Shown here one piece after another: positions 20,043-29,579 of a stretch of DNA of 64,000 nt. Location: contig CBDFMI010000006.1 of NCBI GenBank assembly GCA_965249615.1, positions 444,132 through 508,131 on the forward strand, read 5' to 3'. The stretch comes from a bacterium (GTDB lineage Bacteria; UBA8248; JACPRG01; G963555815). The position numbers and the translations under genes were made by a program. Under the pieces are notes generated by a model that worked only from the letters and a program-made list of their open reading frames with translations, did not search any database and had not been told where the DNA came from. Positions within the stretch are counted from its first letter, which is position 1. Every line of letters begins with the position of its first letter.

Positions 20043-20675
20043 CTAGTCGATATATCCCAAGCCCTTCAGTTTGGCCTGGATGGTCTGCTTCTCTTCCTCG
20101 GAATAGACGTAATCGGCGGGCTCGATGTAACCGAATTCTTCCAGCCGAGAGAGAATATGCGCGACAGATTCCTTAACCGACTCTTTGTCCGTCTCGACGG
20201 TTATCTCGGGGTTGAGGGGCTCTTCATAGGGGTCTGAGACCCCCGTAAAATTCTTAATCTCACCCTTAAAAGCTTTCGCGTACATCCCTTTCACGTCCCG
20301 TTCTGCGCAGACCTCAACAGGGCATTTGACGTAGAGCTCCACGAAGCGCCCCACCTCGGCCCTTACGGCGTCTCGGATGGCCCGGTAGGGGGCGATGACC
20401 GCCGCCATGTTGGGAACCCCGTTTCGGGTCAAGAGGTGACAGAGGTATCCCAGGCGAATGATGTGCTTATCGCGGTCCTCTTTGGAGAAGCCGAGGTCGG
20501 CGCTGAGATTGCGGCGCACTTCGTCGCCGTCGAAGACCTCGACGTTCGGAAAACCGCGCTCGTGAAGTTTCTCTCCGAGAAGAACGGCAATCGTGCTTTT
20601 CCCTGAGCAGGGAAGGCCTGTGAACCAGACCGTGAACCCTCTGGGTTTATCTTTGATCACTTTCTCTCTCCTCAA
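20043..20675 (-). CDS. cysC: Adenylylsulfate (APS) kinase with a ~25-aa C-terminal extension
   Basis: P-loop GLPCSGKSTIA, DGDxxR motif FDGDEVRRNL; the extension ends ...QAKLKGLGYID; overlaps sat by ATGA. Confidence 0.9.
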   Translation of the reverse strand: MRREKVIKDKPRGFTVWFTGLPCSGKSTIAVLLGEKLHERGFPNVEVFDGDEVRRNLSADLGFSKEDRDKHIIRLGYLCHLLTRNGVPNMAAVIAPYRAIRDAVRAEVGRFVELYVKCPVEVCAERDVKGMYAKAFKGEIKNFTGVSDPYEEPLNPEITVETDKESVKESVAHILSRLEEFGYIEPADYVYSEEEKQTIQAKLKGLGYID

Positions 20676-21850
20676 GAGCCGCCGTCAGAACCCTGTCCTG
20701 CCCGCTCGGCGTAAGCCTGGTGCAAGACCCGGGCGACTTCAGGCCGCATCACCTCCGGGGGTGGAAGCTCCCCGCGGTCTAAAATTTCCCTCACACGAGT
20801 TCCGCTCAGGAAGACGCGCTCTTTCTCCCCGTGGGGGCAGGTCTTGGCCGTTATCATGGCCTCACACCCACGGCAGTAGAAGGCGTGGTCGAAGAAGAGA
20901 GGGGTGATCCCGATCTCCGAGGCCTCGAACTCGTGGAAGATATGGTGGGCGTCATAGGAGCCGTAGTAAGACCCGACGCCGGCGTGGTCCCGGCCCACGA
21001 TGAAATGGGTACAGCCGTAGTTCTTTCGCACGATAGCGTGGAAGATGGCCTCCTTCGGCCCGGCGTAGCGCATGGCCGCCGGAAACACGGAGAGGACCGT
21101 CCGGTTCTTGGGAAAATAGCTCTCCAGGATCACCCTGTAGGAGGCCATCCGGAGGTCCGCCGCCAGGTCGCCCTCCTTGGTGGCCCCGACCAGGGGATGA
21201 AGTAGGAGGCCGTCCACACATTCTAGGGCGCACTTCTGAATGTACTCGTGGGCGCGATGAATGGGGTTTCGGGTCTGGAAGGCCACGACCGTCTTCCACC
21301 CCTTGAGCTGAAAGAGAAGGCGGGTCTCCTTGGGTTCCAGATGGAAGTTGGACCACTCGGTGGCGGCCCCTCTTCGAAGGAGTTTAATAGGCCCCCCGAT
21401 GAGGACAGGGCCTCGCTCGAAGACCTGGCGAACCCCGGGGTGGTCCGAATCTTTTGTCCCGAAGACCTGCTCCACCTCCCTCTCCTTGTCCGGCTTCCAC
21501 TGAGAGGTGACCCGAAGAAGCCCGGTCGTTTCCTTCCCGACCGTGAGGGTAATCTCGTCACCTATGGAAAGGGTCTGGGCCGTCTTCTCATCCACGCCGA
21601 GGACGATGGGAAGCGTCCAGGGAAGGCCCAAGGCGAGGCGCTGGTCTTCCACCACAGCCTGGTAGTCCTCCTCCTCCATGAATCCCCTTAGGGGGCTGTA
21701 GGCCCCCGTCGCGATGAGTTCGAGATCGGAATGCTCCTGGGCCGACAGGGCGATTTTCGGCAGCCCTTGGGCTTTTTTGTCCAAGGCGGGCCGATCCTCC
21801 TCCCGGACCATCCGGTCGACGAGGACCCCGCCGTGCGGTTTGATAGGCAC
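20672..21850 (-). CDS. sat: Sulfate adenylyltransferase (ATP sulfurylase)
   Basis: 392 aa; QTRNPIHRAHE and GRDHAGVG motifs; start preceded by GAGGAGG RBS. Confidence 0.9.
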   Translation of the reverse strand: MPIKPHGGVLVDRMVREEDRPALDKKAQGLPKIALSAQEHSDLELIATGAYSPLRGFMEEEDYQAVVEDQRLALGLPWTLPIVLGVDEKTAQTLSIGDEITLTVGKETTGLLRVTSQWKPDKEREVEQVFGTKDSDHPGVRQVFERGPVLIGGPIKLLRRGAATEWSNFHLEPKETRLLFQLKGWKTVVAFQTRNPIHRAHEYIQKCALECVDGLLLHPLVGATKEGDLAADLRMASYRVILESYFPKNRTVLSVFPAAMRYAGPKEAIFHAIVRKNYGCTHFIVGRDHAGVGSYYGSYDAHHIFHEFEASEIGITPLFFDHAFYCRGCEAMITAKTCPHGEKERVFLSGTRVREILDRGELPPPEVMRPEVARVLHQAYAERAGQGSDGGS

Positions 21851-22045
21851 CTAAAAACCCTCCTCACCCCGGAGTCCCGGGGAATTGTATGGGGTGGAAA
21901 GACATCGCGCTTTTGTGTCCAAAACGCCAATTCTATCAGACAATTTCGGGTCCGTCCACCTGCCGCTGTGTTCAGGGGATCAGTTGTGGGGGGCCGGCCT
22001 TGCGGGGTTGAGGGCGGGTTTGCTCGAAGCGTCCTTCCCCGGGTC

Positions 22046-23464
22046 TTATCTCCCGGTGGCGGGCTCTAAATTCACCTCGATATAGCGCGCAATCTGGGGG
22101 TGGACTCGGGAGATCTCGTGGTAGATCTGCTGAGCCGCCCTCCGGTAGGTGAAGTGCCCCTTGGGGTCGGAGCGGAGCTTCACCACGTGCATCACCTCCC
22201 GGAGGTTCATCTGCCAGAGGAAGCGGCGGTGATGAGCGTTTAGGACAAAGTAGGGGGCCTCGTTCGGAAAATCCGCCAAAAACTTCTCAAAACACTTCTC
22301 GGCCTTGTCCACCCCTGCCAAATATTCTTGTTTCAACCCGGCGTCCTCGACGAGCTCGGGGATCGAGAACCCGTGGCGGATGGTCGGGGCCTGAGTGCTC
22401 TGGCTGCACATCCGGTGGCGCTTGAGGTCGAGGAAGGCCCCCTGGTCCACGAGACACTCGAAGGTGTAGGTCAGGTACTCCATCTCCCGGATGGGGATGT
22501 CAAAACGCTCTATTCGGCTCAGGGCCTCTTCAATGACTTTTTCCCGAGCTTCTTGGGGCATCTGTGCCACCCTCTCCCGGATGGCCTCGTAGGGGAGATG
22601 ACTGTATTTGAACAAGATGGCCGCCGCCAGGGCGACGTCGGGGTTTTCGGGGACCTGAACCAGCCGGGCATAATTTTCCTGAGGGCCGGACGCCTTTGAG
22701 ACCGGGGAGCCGTTGGTCATGGTAGAGGCGACGAGCTTCCTGAGGGCCGCCTCCGTGTCTCTCAGATAGGCGTTGTCGTCTGCATACTTGACGAGGGTTG
22801 GGGCGGCCGCCTGGCTGACCTCCTTCAGGGTGGTCCCGATCTGTTGGATTTCGGACAGGTCGTGGGAGAGCATCTTGGTGATGGCGTGCTCCAGGTGTCG
22901 GGCGTTGACGGTCATCCCCACATTGGCCAGGGCGGCGGTGGGGAGGAGAAAGCGCGAGCGGTCGAGGGCGTGGGCCCTCACGCGGACGTTGTATCCCCGA
23001 TCCGTCTCGTTCTCCCTCCTTTGGAGGACCCCCTTCTCTTTGATGAAGGCGTCCAGCTTCGTCTGGACGGCGTGGTAGTTCTCGAACATCCACTGCATGG
23101 CCTCGCGGTATTTTTGGCCGAGGGGTGAGGCGTCCACCTCGTCTGGGACATAATAGTCGTCCGGCTTGAAAACCTGATAGCGGGAGGATTTTTCGGTGTA
23201 GGAGGCGAGACGGTTCGCCTCGATGACTTCCGTTGCGTAGCGCGAAACATTCTCGATGGCGATGGAGAGGACGGCGTGCTCGGCCACCGAGGCGTGCCCA
23301 TAGCCGACGACCCATTTCTCATGGAACTCGGCCGAGGCGCTTTCGGTCAGCTCCTTGGCGATCTCGTCAAAGGCCTTTGGGGAGCGACTCGTCTTCGCGA
23401 AGGCGACGGCGACCACCTCGGGCGGGAGGTCCCGGAGGAGATAGATGCGGCGTTTTTTGTCCAT
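22046..23464 (-). CDS. thyX: FAD-dependent thymidylate synthase ThyX, tandem-fused two-repeat form
   Basis: Two ThyX-like halves: the first ...HASVAEHAVLSIAIENVSRYATEVIEANRLASYTEKSSRY (RHR degenerated to ANR), the second with an intact RHR signature LKRHRMCSQSTQ; both halves retain the VNAR/LNAH segment. Confidence 0.7.
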   Translation of the reverse strand: MDKKRRIYLLRDLPPEVVAVAFAKTSRSPKAFDEIAKELTESASAEFHEKWVVGYGHASVAEHAVLSIAIENVSRYATEVIEANRLASYTEKSSRYQVFKPDDYYVPDEVDASPLGQKYREAMQWMFENYHAVQTKLDAFIKEKGVLQRRENETDRGYNVRVRAHALDRSRFLLPTAALANVGMTVNARHLEHAITKMLSHDLSEIQQIGTTLKEVSQAAAPTLVKYADDNAYLRDTEAALRKLVASTMTNGSPVSKASGPQENYARLVQVPENPDVALAAAILFKYSHLPYEAIRERVAQMPQEAREKVIEEALSRIERFDIPIREMEYLTYTFECLVDQGAFLDLKRHRMCSQSTQAPTIRHGFSIPELVEDAGLKQEYLAGVDKAEKCFEKFLADFPNEAPYFVLNAHHRRFLWQMNLREVMHVVKLRSDPKGHFTYRRAAQQIYHEISRVHPQIARYIEVNLEPATGR

Positions 23465-23595
23465 GAGTGCCTTAGCGCAAGAGAATCCAGGGTCTGAAGA
23501 TGGACGAGAATGGCAGGGCCAGCGCTTCTTTTATACCAAAACCCCCACGTCTTTCACAATGACCTCAAAAGGCGGGAATTTTGTTCACAGGACCA

Positions 23596-25074
23596 CTATG
23601 GGACCAGGGCGATGGCCGACGCCCCTTGGAAGAAAGGGGCCGCTGAGGCCTTAACCGCGGAGAGCAGGGGGTCGGGATAGAGCCCGATCAGGAGGACTCC
23701 GACCACCATCAAGCCGAGGGCGAGACGGAGTGGGACGGAGGTGGAGATTTCGACCTTTCCGGCCGGTTCCACCATGTACATATTCACGACGACCTTGAAG
23801 TAGTAGTAGACGGAGAGGACGCTGTTCAGGACCCCGATGAGGGCCAGCCAGATATAGCCTGACTCGATGGCCGCCGAGAAGAGATAGAACTTCCCGACAA
23901 AACCCGCCGTCGGCGGGACCCCCGCCAGAGAGAGAAAGAAGACGACAAAGCCGATGCCGGCCAGGGGGTGGGCCCTCGCGAGTCCCCGAAAATCCTCCAC
24001 CCGGTCTCCTCGGAAGTTTTGGCGGCACAGGAGGATCACCATGGCGAAGGCGCCCATGTTCATGAAGATGTAGACGGCCAGGTAGAGGAGGACGCTTGCC
24101 ATCCCGATCTCGCTGCCGACGACGAGGCCGATCATGACGTAGCCGGCATGGGCCACCGAAGAGTAGGCCAGGAGCCGTTTCAGGTTGGACTGAACCATGG
24201 CGGCGATGTTGCCCCAGGTCATGCTGAAGACGGCCAGGAGCCAGAGGAGAATGGCCCACTGGTCGGCGATCCCCTCGAAGGCGACGGCGAAGATCCGGAG
24301 CAACCCCGCGAAGGCCGCCGCCTTGGTCCCCACGCTCATGAAGGCCGTGATGGAGGTGGGGGCTCCCTGGTAGGCGTCCGGGGCCCACATGTGGAAGGGG
24401 ACGAGGGCGATTTTGAAGGCGAACCCAGCCACGATCATGATGACAGAGAGGGTGAGGAGAATATTGGGGCCTGTCATCTCCCCGAAGGCGGCATGCATGG
24501 CGGCGAGGTTCGTCGTCCCCGTAATGCCGTAAGCGAGTGCGATTCCGTAGAGGATGATCCCCGAACTGAAAGCCCCCAGGAGAAAGTATTTGATCCCTCC
24601 CTCTTGGGACAAGAGATCGCGCTTCATGAAGCCGACCAGCATGTAGATGGGGATGGAGAGAAGCTCCATGCCGATGTAGATGGTCAGGAGGTCGCTCCCC
24701 CCGGCCATCACCATCATCCCGATAACGCTGAAGAGGATCAGGGCGTAGTACTCCCCCAGGTGAATCTCCTCTATCGAGAGGTATCGCAGGGAGATGAGGA
24801 CCGTGAGGACGGTGATCGCCAGAAAGATGAACTTGAAGAAGATGGCGAAGGAGTCCACCCGGTACATGTCGCTGAAGAGGCTGGCCTCCATCCCGATCAG
24901 GGGGAGGGTGAGGAGGCCCGTCACGACGACCCCGAAAAGCGTCAGGAGGCCCAAGAGCGCCTTTCGCCTCTGGGGGACAAAGAGGTCCACCAAAATCACG
25001 AGGCAAACGAGGACCGTCATGGCGATCTCCGGCATGATCGCAAAAAGGTTGACGGCGGGGAGCTTAAGCGGCAT
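23596..25074 (-). CDS. nuoN: NADH-quinone oxidoreductase subunit N
   Basis: 492 aa, 14-TM antiporter-like subunit at the end of the nuo operon. Confidence 0.88.
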   Translation of the reverse strand: MPLKLPAVNLFAIMPEIAMTVLVCLVILVDLFVPQRRKALLGLLTLFGVVVTGLLTLPLIGMEASLFSDMYRVDSFAIFFKFIFLAITVLTVLISLRYLSIEEIHLGEYYALILFSVIGMMVMAGGSDLLTIYIGMELLSIPIYMLVGFMKRDLLSQEGGIKYFLLGAFSSGIILYGIALAYGITGTTNLAAMHAAFGEMTGPNILLTLSVIMIVAGFAFKIALVPFHMWAPDAYQGAPTSITAFMSVGTKAAAFAGLLRIFAVAFEGIADQWAILLWLLAVFSMTWGNIAAMVQSNLKRLLAYSSVAHAGYVMIGLVVGSEIGMASVLLYLAVYIFMNMGAFAMVILLCRQNFRGDRVEDFRGLARAHPLAGIGFVVFFLSLAGVPPTAGFVGKFYLFSAAIESGYIWLALIGVLNSVLSVYYYFKVVVNMYMVEPAGKVEISTSVPLRLALGLMVVGVLLIGLYPDPLLSAVKASAAPFFQGASAIALVP

Positions 25075-25077
25075 CTC

Positions 25078-26673
25078 CTACCTGCTCCATTCTGTGGTCA
25101 GGTACTGGTGCTGTCTCAAGGCCTCAGACGCCTGGGCGGACAGGCTTTCGGGCGTCCCCCGGGCCAGCTCCACGTGCTGGATGAGGTTCTTGACGCTCGG
25201 TTCCATGATTTCGAGGAAAGGCTTGGGGTACATCCCGATCCAGAACATGAGAAGGAGGATGGGGAGCATGTAGGCGACTTCGCGGCGGTTCAAGTCCGGG
25301 AGGTTTTGGTTCTCCTCATGGGTCACGGCCCCGAACATCATCCGCTGGAAGAGCCAGAGCATATAGCCCGCCCCGAGGACGATCCCCGTGACAGCGAAGG
25401 CGGCGTACACCGTGCTCGTCTGAAAGACCCCAAGGAGGATGAGGAATTCTCCCACGAAGCCGTTGAGGCCGGGAAGCCCAATGGACGAGAACATGGCGAT
25501 GGCGAAGACCACCGTGAAGACCGGCATCACGCGCGCGAGGCCGCCGTAGTCGGCGATCATTCGGCTGTGTCTTCGCTCATAGAGGATCCCCACGATCAAG
25601 AAGAGGGCCCCGGTGGAGAGACCGTGGTTCAGGTTCTGAAGGAGGGCCCCAAGAAGACCCTGGGGGTTCAGGGCGAAGATCCCCAGCATGACGAACCCGA
25701 GATGGCTCACGGAGCTATAGGCCACCAATTTTTTAATGTCTTTCTGGGCCATGGCCACAAGGGCCCCGTAGATGATCCCGATGATGGCCAGAAGGGCGAT
25801 GAAGGGGACGAGGTTGAAACTGGCCCTGGGCAGCAGGGGGAGGCTGAAGCGGACGAAGCCGTAGGTCCCCATCTTGAGGAGCACCCCGGCCAGGATGACA
25901 CTCCCCGCCGTGGGGGCCTCCACGTGGGCGTCGGGAAGCCAGGTGTGGAAGGGGAACAAGGGGACCTTGATGGCGAAGCCCACAAAGAGGGCGAGGAAGA
26001 TCCAGAACTGAAAGTTCTCGGGCAGCTTCGGCGCCATCCGGTAGAGCTCAAGCAAATTAAAGGTGAACTCGCCGGAGCCGTAGATGGGGTCGGCGTTCAG
26101 GAAGTAAAGGGCCAGAAAACCCAGGAGGAGGAGGACGCTTCCGAAGAGTGTGTAGAGGAAAAACTTGATGGCGGCGTAGAGCTTCCGAGCCCCCCCCCAG
26201 ATGCCGATGAGGAAATACATGGGGACCAGCATGACCTCCCAGAAGACGTAGAACAGGAAAACGTCAAGGGCCATGAAGACCCCCAGCATCCCTGTCTCCA
26301 GGATGAGGAGGCTCACGTAGTACTCTTTTTGCCGCTCTCCGATGTTGCTGAAGGAGCAGAGAACCGCGACGGAGCTGAGGAGCGTGGTCAGGATGATGAG
26401 GGGGAGGCTGATCCCATCGATGCCAAAGAAGTATTGGACCCCGATGGATGGGATCCACTCCGCGCGTTCGACGAACTGCATTTGGACATTGCTCGGCTCA
26501 AAGTAGGGGATCATGAAGAGTGAGGAAAAGAGGGAGATCAGCGAGACGCCGAAGGCGAACCATTTGATGACGAGTGGTCGCTGCCTGGAGAAGAGGAGCA
26601 TGATCAAGACGGCCCCTACGATGGGGACGTAGGCCGTCATCGAAAGGACGGGGAAGCCGAGGGCGTTTGTCAT
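25078..26673 (-). CDS. nuoM: NADH-quinone oxidoreductase subunit M
   Basis: 531 aa antiporter-like subunit; conserved WLPDAHVEAPTAGSVILAGVLLK block. Confidence 0.9.
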   Translation of the reverse strand: MTNALGFPVLSMTAYVPIVGAVLIMLLFSRQRPLVIKWFAFGVSLISLFSSLFMIPYFEPSNVQMQFVERAEWIPSIGVQYFFGIDGISLPLIILTTLLSSVAVLCSFSNIGERQKEYYVSLLILETGMLGVFMALDVFLFYVFWEVMLVPMYFLIGIWGGARKLYAAIKFFLYTLFGSVLLLLGFLALYFLNADPIYGSGEFTFNLLELYRMAPKLPENFQFWIFLALFVGFAIKVPLFPFHTWLPDAHVEAPTAGSVILAGVLLKMGTYGFVRFSLPLLPRASFNLVPFIALLAIIGIIYGALVAMAQKDIKKLVAYSSVSHLGFVMLGIFALNPQGLLGALLQNLNHGLSTGALFLIVGILYERRHSRMIADYGGLARVMPVFTVVFAIAMFSSIGLPGLNGFVGEFLILLGVFQTSTVYAAFAVTGIVLGAGYMLWLFQRMMFGAVTHEENQNLPDLNRREVAYMLPILLLMFWIGMYPKPFLEIMEPSVKNLIQHVELARGTPESLSAQASEALRQHQYLTTEWSR

Positions 26674-26714
26674 AGAGGCGAAACTCCCAGTCAGGACTTA
26701 GAAGTTATCTTTCC

Positions 26715-28748
26715 TCATCCGAGAAGGAGGAAGAGGCTCACGGTGATGAAAATGCCAAGGAGCATGACCAGGGCATAGTTCTGGACGACGCCCGTCTGAA
26801 GGCGGCGAAGCCCCCGGGCCCAGTTGATGAGAATGACCCCGATCCCATTCACGGCGCCGTCCACCGTTTGAAGATCGAAAATGCCAGACAGCTTGCTGAG
26901 GGCCACCGTTCCCCATGAGACCCCGTTGACAGCCCCGTCCACACCCTTGGCGTCAGTGCCCGAACAAAGATGAGCCAGGCGTATCGAGGGCCGTATGAAG
27001 ACGGCGTGGTAGATCTCGTCCACCCAGTATTTATTGAGGAGGAGCCGGTGGACTCCACGGAATCGCTCGGCCACCTTGGCGGGGAGGTCTGGCCGCTTTC
27101 GATACATGTGGCGGGCCAGCATCCACCCCGACACCCCCACCACCACCGAAAAGACGGCGAGCCACAGCTCCAGAAGGCCGAATCTCCCTGATTTGTTTTC
27201 GGCTGAAGCCGCCACCAGCTGGATGCCGGCATGGCCCCCGTCTGGGAAGACTGGCGCCAAATGCTCGTGAAAGAAGTTCATCTGCGGGATGCCGACCCAG
27301 CCCCCCAGCAGGGCGAGGACGGCGAGGATCACCAAGGGAACCGTCATCACGGCGGGGGATTCGTGGACATGGGAGACGACGTGAGGGTCGCCCCGGGATT
27401 CTCCGTAGAAGGCGAGATAGATGAGGCGGAACATGTAGAAGGCCGTCATGAAGGCGGTGATGATCCCCAGGGCGTAGAGGAAATAGTGGCCGCCCTTAAA
27501 AGTCTCGGCCAGGATCTCGTCTTTGCTGAAGAAGCCCGCGAAGGGCGGAATCCCGGCGATGGCGAGGGCCCCCATGTAAAAGGTGATGGCCGTGACGGGG
27601 AGGCGGCGACGAAGCCCCCCCATGTAGCGAAGGTCCTGCCTCCGCCCCTCCTCCGGGTCGGAGTGCAGGGCGTGGATGACGCTCCCCGCGCCGAGGAACA
27701 TGAGGCCTTTGAAAAAGGCGTGGGTCATGAGATGAAAGATCCCGGCCCCGAAGGCCCCCACCCCAAGGGCCATAAACATGTAGCCGAGCTGGCTCACCGT
27801 GGAGTAGGCCAGGACCTTTTTGATGTCATTCTGGACGAGCGCAATGGAGGCGGCGAAGATGGCCGTGAGGGCCCCGACCAGAGCCACCACGCTCATAGAC
27901 ACGGGGGAGAGGAGATACAAGGCGTTCGAGCGGGCCACCATGTAAACCCCGGCGGTCACCATGGTGGCGGCGTGGATGAGGGCGCTGACCGAAGTGGGGC
28001 CTTCCATGGCGTCCGGAAGCCAGGTGTAGAGGGGAAGCTGGGCCGATTTCCCCACGGCCCCCACAAAGAGGAGGAGTGTAATGGCCGTCGCCGCGCCGGC
28101 GATGGCGGAGCCCGCCACCGCTGCCCCGGCCTGATCGAAGACGCCTGCGTAGTTCAGCGTCCCGAATGTCTGGAAGATGAGAAAGAGGCCGAGGAGGAAA
28201 CTCGCGTCCCCGATGCGGTTCATGATGAAGGCCTTTTTTCCCGCGTCGGCGGCTGACTTCTTGTGGTACCAAAAGCCGATGAGGAGATAAGAACAGAGCC
28301 CCACCCCCTCCCAGCCGACGAACATGAGGAGGTAGTTGTTGGCCAGGATGAGAAGGAGCATCGAGAACATGAAGAGGTTCAGGTAGGCGAAGTAGCGGGA
28401 GTAGCCCGGGTCCCCACGCATATACCCGGCCGAGTAGACGTGGATGACGAACCCCACCCCCGTTACCACGAAGAGCATCACGGCGCTGAGGGGGTCCAGA
28501 AGGAACGCCACCTCGACCAGAAGGCTCGGCACCGGGATCCACTCAAAGAGGCGCACCTCACCGCTCAGGCCCCGGAAGACCGCCTGATAGAGGAGGAGGA
28601 GGGACAGCCCCAGAGAAAGGCCGGTGGAGATAATGGCGGGCCAGTGGGCTTTCCTTCCGATGTAGCGCCCGAGGAATCCGTTCACCAAGACCCCCAGGGC
28701 CGGAAAGACGAGGACGAGAGGCAGAAGATTCAGCACTGATATCACCAC
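26715..28748 (-). CDS. nuoL: NADH-quinone oxidoreductase subunit L
   Basis: 677 aa; antiporter-like core plus C-terminal long-helix extension; [25 protein letters not shown]. Confidence 0.9.
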   Translation of the reverse strand: MVISVLNLLPLVLVFPALGVLVNGFLGRYIGRKAHWPAIISTGLSLGLSLLLLYQAVFRGLSGEVRLFEWIPVPSLLVEVAFLLDPLSAVMLFVVTGVGFVIHVYSAGYMRGDPGYSRYFAYLNLFMFSMLLLILANNYLLMFVGWEGVGLCSYLLIGFWYHKKSAADAGKKAFIMNRIGDASFLLGLFLIFQTFGTLNYAGVFDQAGAAVAGSAIAGAATAITLLLFVGAVGKSAQLPLYTWLPDAMEGPTSVSALIHAATMVTAGVYMVARSNALYLLSPVSMSVVALVGALTAIFAASIALVQNDIKKVLAYSTVSQLGYMFMALGVGAFGAGIFHLMTHAFFKGLMFLGAGSVIHALHSDPEEGRRQDLRYMGGLRRRLPVTAITFYMGALAIAGIPPFAGFFSKDEILAETFKGGHYFLYALGIITAFMTAFYMFRLIYLAFYGESRGDPHVVSHVHESPAVMTVPLVILAVLALLGGWVGIPQMNFFHEHLAPVFPDGGHAGIQLVAASAENKSGRFGLLELWLAVFSVVVGVSGWMLARHMYRKRPDLPAKVAERFRGVHRLLLNKYWVDEIYHAVFIRPSIRLAHLCSGTDAKGVDGAVNGVSWGTVALSKLSGIFDLQTVDGAVNGIGVILINWARGLRRLQTGVVQNYALVMLLGIFITVSLFLLLG

Positions 28749-29044
28749 TTCAACAGGTTGATCTCGTCGACGTTTAGGGCGGCTCTTTGCCGGTTGATGG
28801 AGATGATGAGGGCGAGTCCGACGGCGGCCTCGGCCGCCGCCACCGTGATGACAAAGATGGCGAAGACCTGCCCCGTTAGGTTCCCATGGGCCCTGGAGAA
28901 GGCTATCAGGGTCAGGTTGACGGCGTTCAGCATGAGTTCGATGGACATCAGGATGATCATGATGTTTCGCCTGGTCAGGACCCCGACGGCCCCAATCAGG
29001 AAGATGATGCCCCCCAGGGCGAGGTAGTAAGGAATGGGAACCAT
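28742..29044 (-). CDS. nuoK: NADH-quinone oxidoreductase subunit K
   Basis: 100 aa, 3 TM; conserved E in TM2 and TM3 ([11 protein letters not shown]). Confidence 0.88.
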   Translation of the reverse strand: MVPIPYYLALGGIIFLIGAVGVLTRRNIMIILMSIELMLNAVNLTLIAFSRAHGNLTGQVFAIFVITVAAAEAAVGLALIISINRQRAALNVDEINLLKW

Positions 29045-29566
29045 TTACTTAATCTCTCGCTTGGCCAGCACGATGGCCCCGATCATGGCCGCCAGGAGGA
29101 GGAGGGAGGCCACCTCAAAGGGGAAGAGGAACTGGGTGTAGAGAACGCCCCCGAAGGCCTCGGTGTTGCCTATCTCCGCGGCGGCCTTCGCCCCCTCTGC
29201 GACAACCCCCGCCGGGGGCAGCAATTCGAAGAATCCCCCCAACAGGATGACCAGGAACTCGGCGGCCAGGAGCCCACCGATGATGAAAGCGAAGGCCCGC
29301 TGGCGGTTCCACTGACGGACCCCCATCTGTTCGCGCACATTAACGAGCATAATGACGAAGACGTAGAGCATCATGATGGCCCCGGCGTAGATGAGGATCT
29401 GGATGGCAGCGAGAAACTCCGCGCCCAGCATGACGTAAAGGGCAGCCACGAAGAAGAAGCTGAGGAGGAGAGCGAGGGCGCTGTGGACCACGTTTCTCAG
29501 GCTGATGACCATCACGGAGGCGGCGATCATCCCGACCGCGAAGATGAGAAAGAATGGCCATTCCAT
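29045..29566 (-). CDS. nuoJ: NADH-quinone oxidoreductase subunit J
   Basis: 173 aa, 5 TM, position between nuoH and nuoK. Confidence 0.85.
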   Translation of the reverse strand: MEWPFFLIFAVGMIAASVMVISLRNVVHSALALLLSFFFVAALYVMLGAEFLAAIQILIYAGAIMMLYVFVIMLVNVREQMGVRQWNRQRAFAFIIGGLLAAEFLVILLGGFFELLPPAGVVAEGAKAAAEIGNTEAFGGVLYTQFLFPFEVASLLLLAAMIGAIVLAKREIK

Positions 29567-29579
29567 CTTGGAATCCCCT

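Noticed and set aside
21863-21878. Perfect hairpin CCCCGG-agtc-CCGGGG just upstream of the sat RBS
   Set aside because: No U-tract on either strand, so not a convincing intrinsic terminator. It might modulate sat translation but there is no supporting context.
23651-26523. Very long ORFs antisense to, or out of frame with, nuoN and nuoM (23651..25006 minus; 23968..26523 plus, 851 aa)
   Set aside because: Low-complexity Arg/Gly/Pro/Asp/Glu-rich translations; the genuine nuoN and nuoM frames show canonical antiporter motifs.
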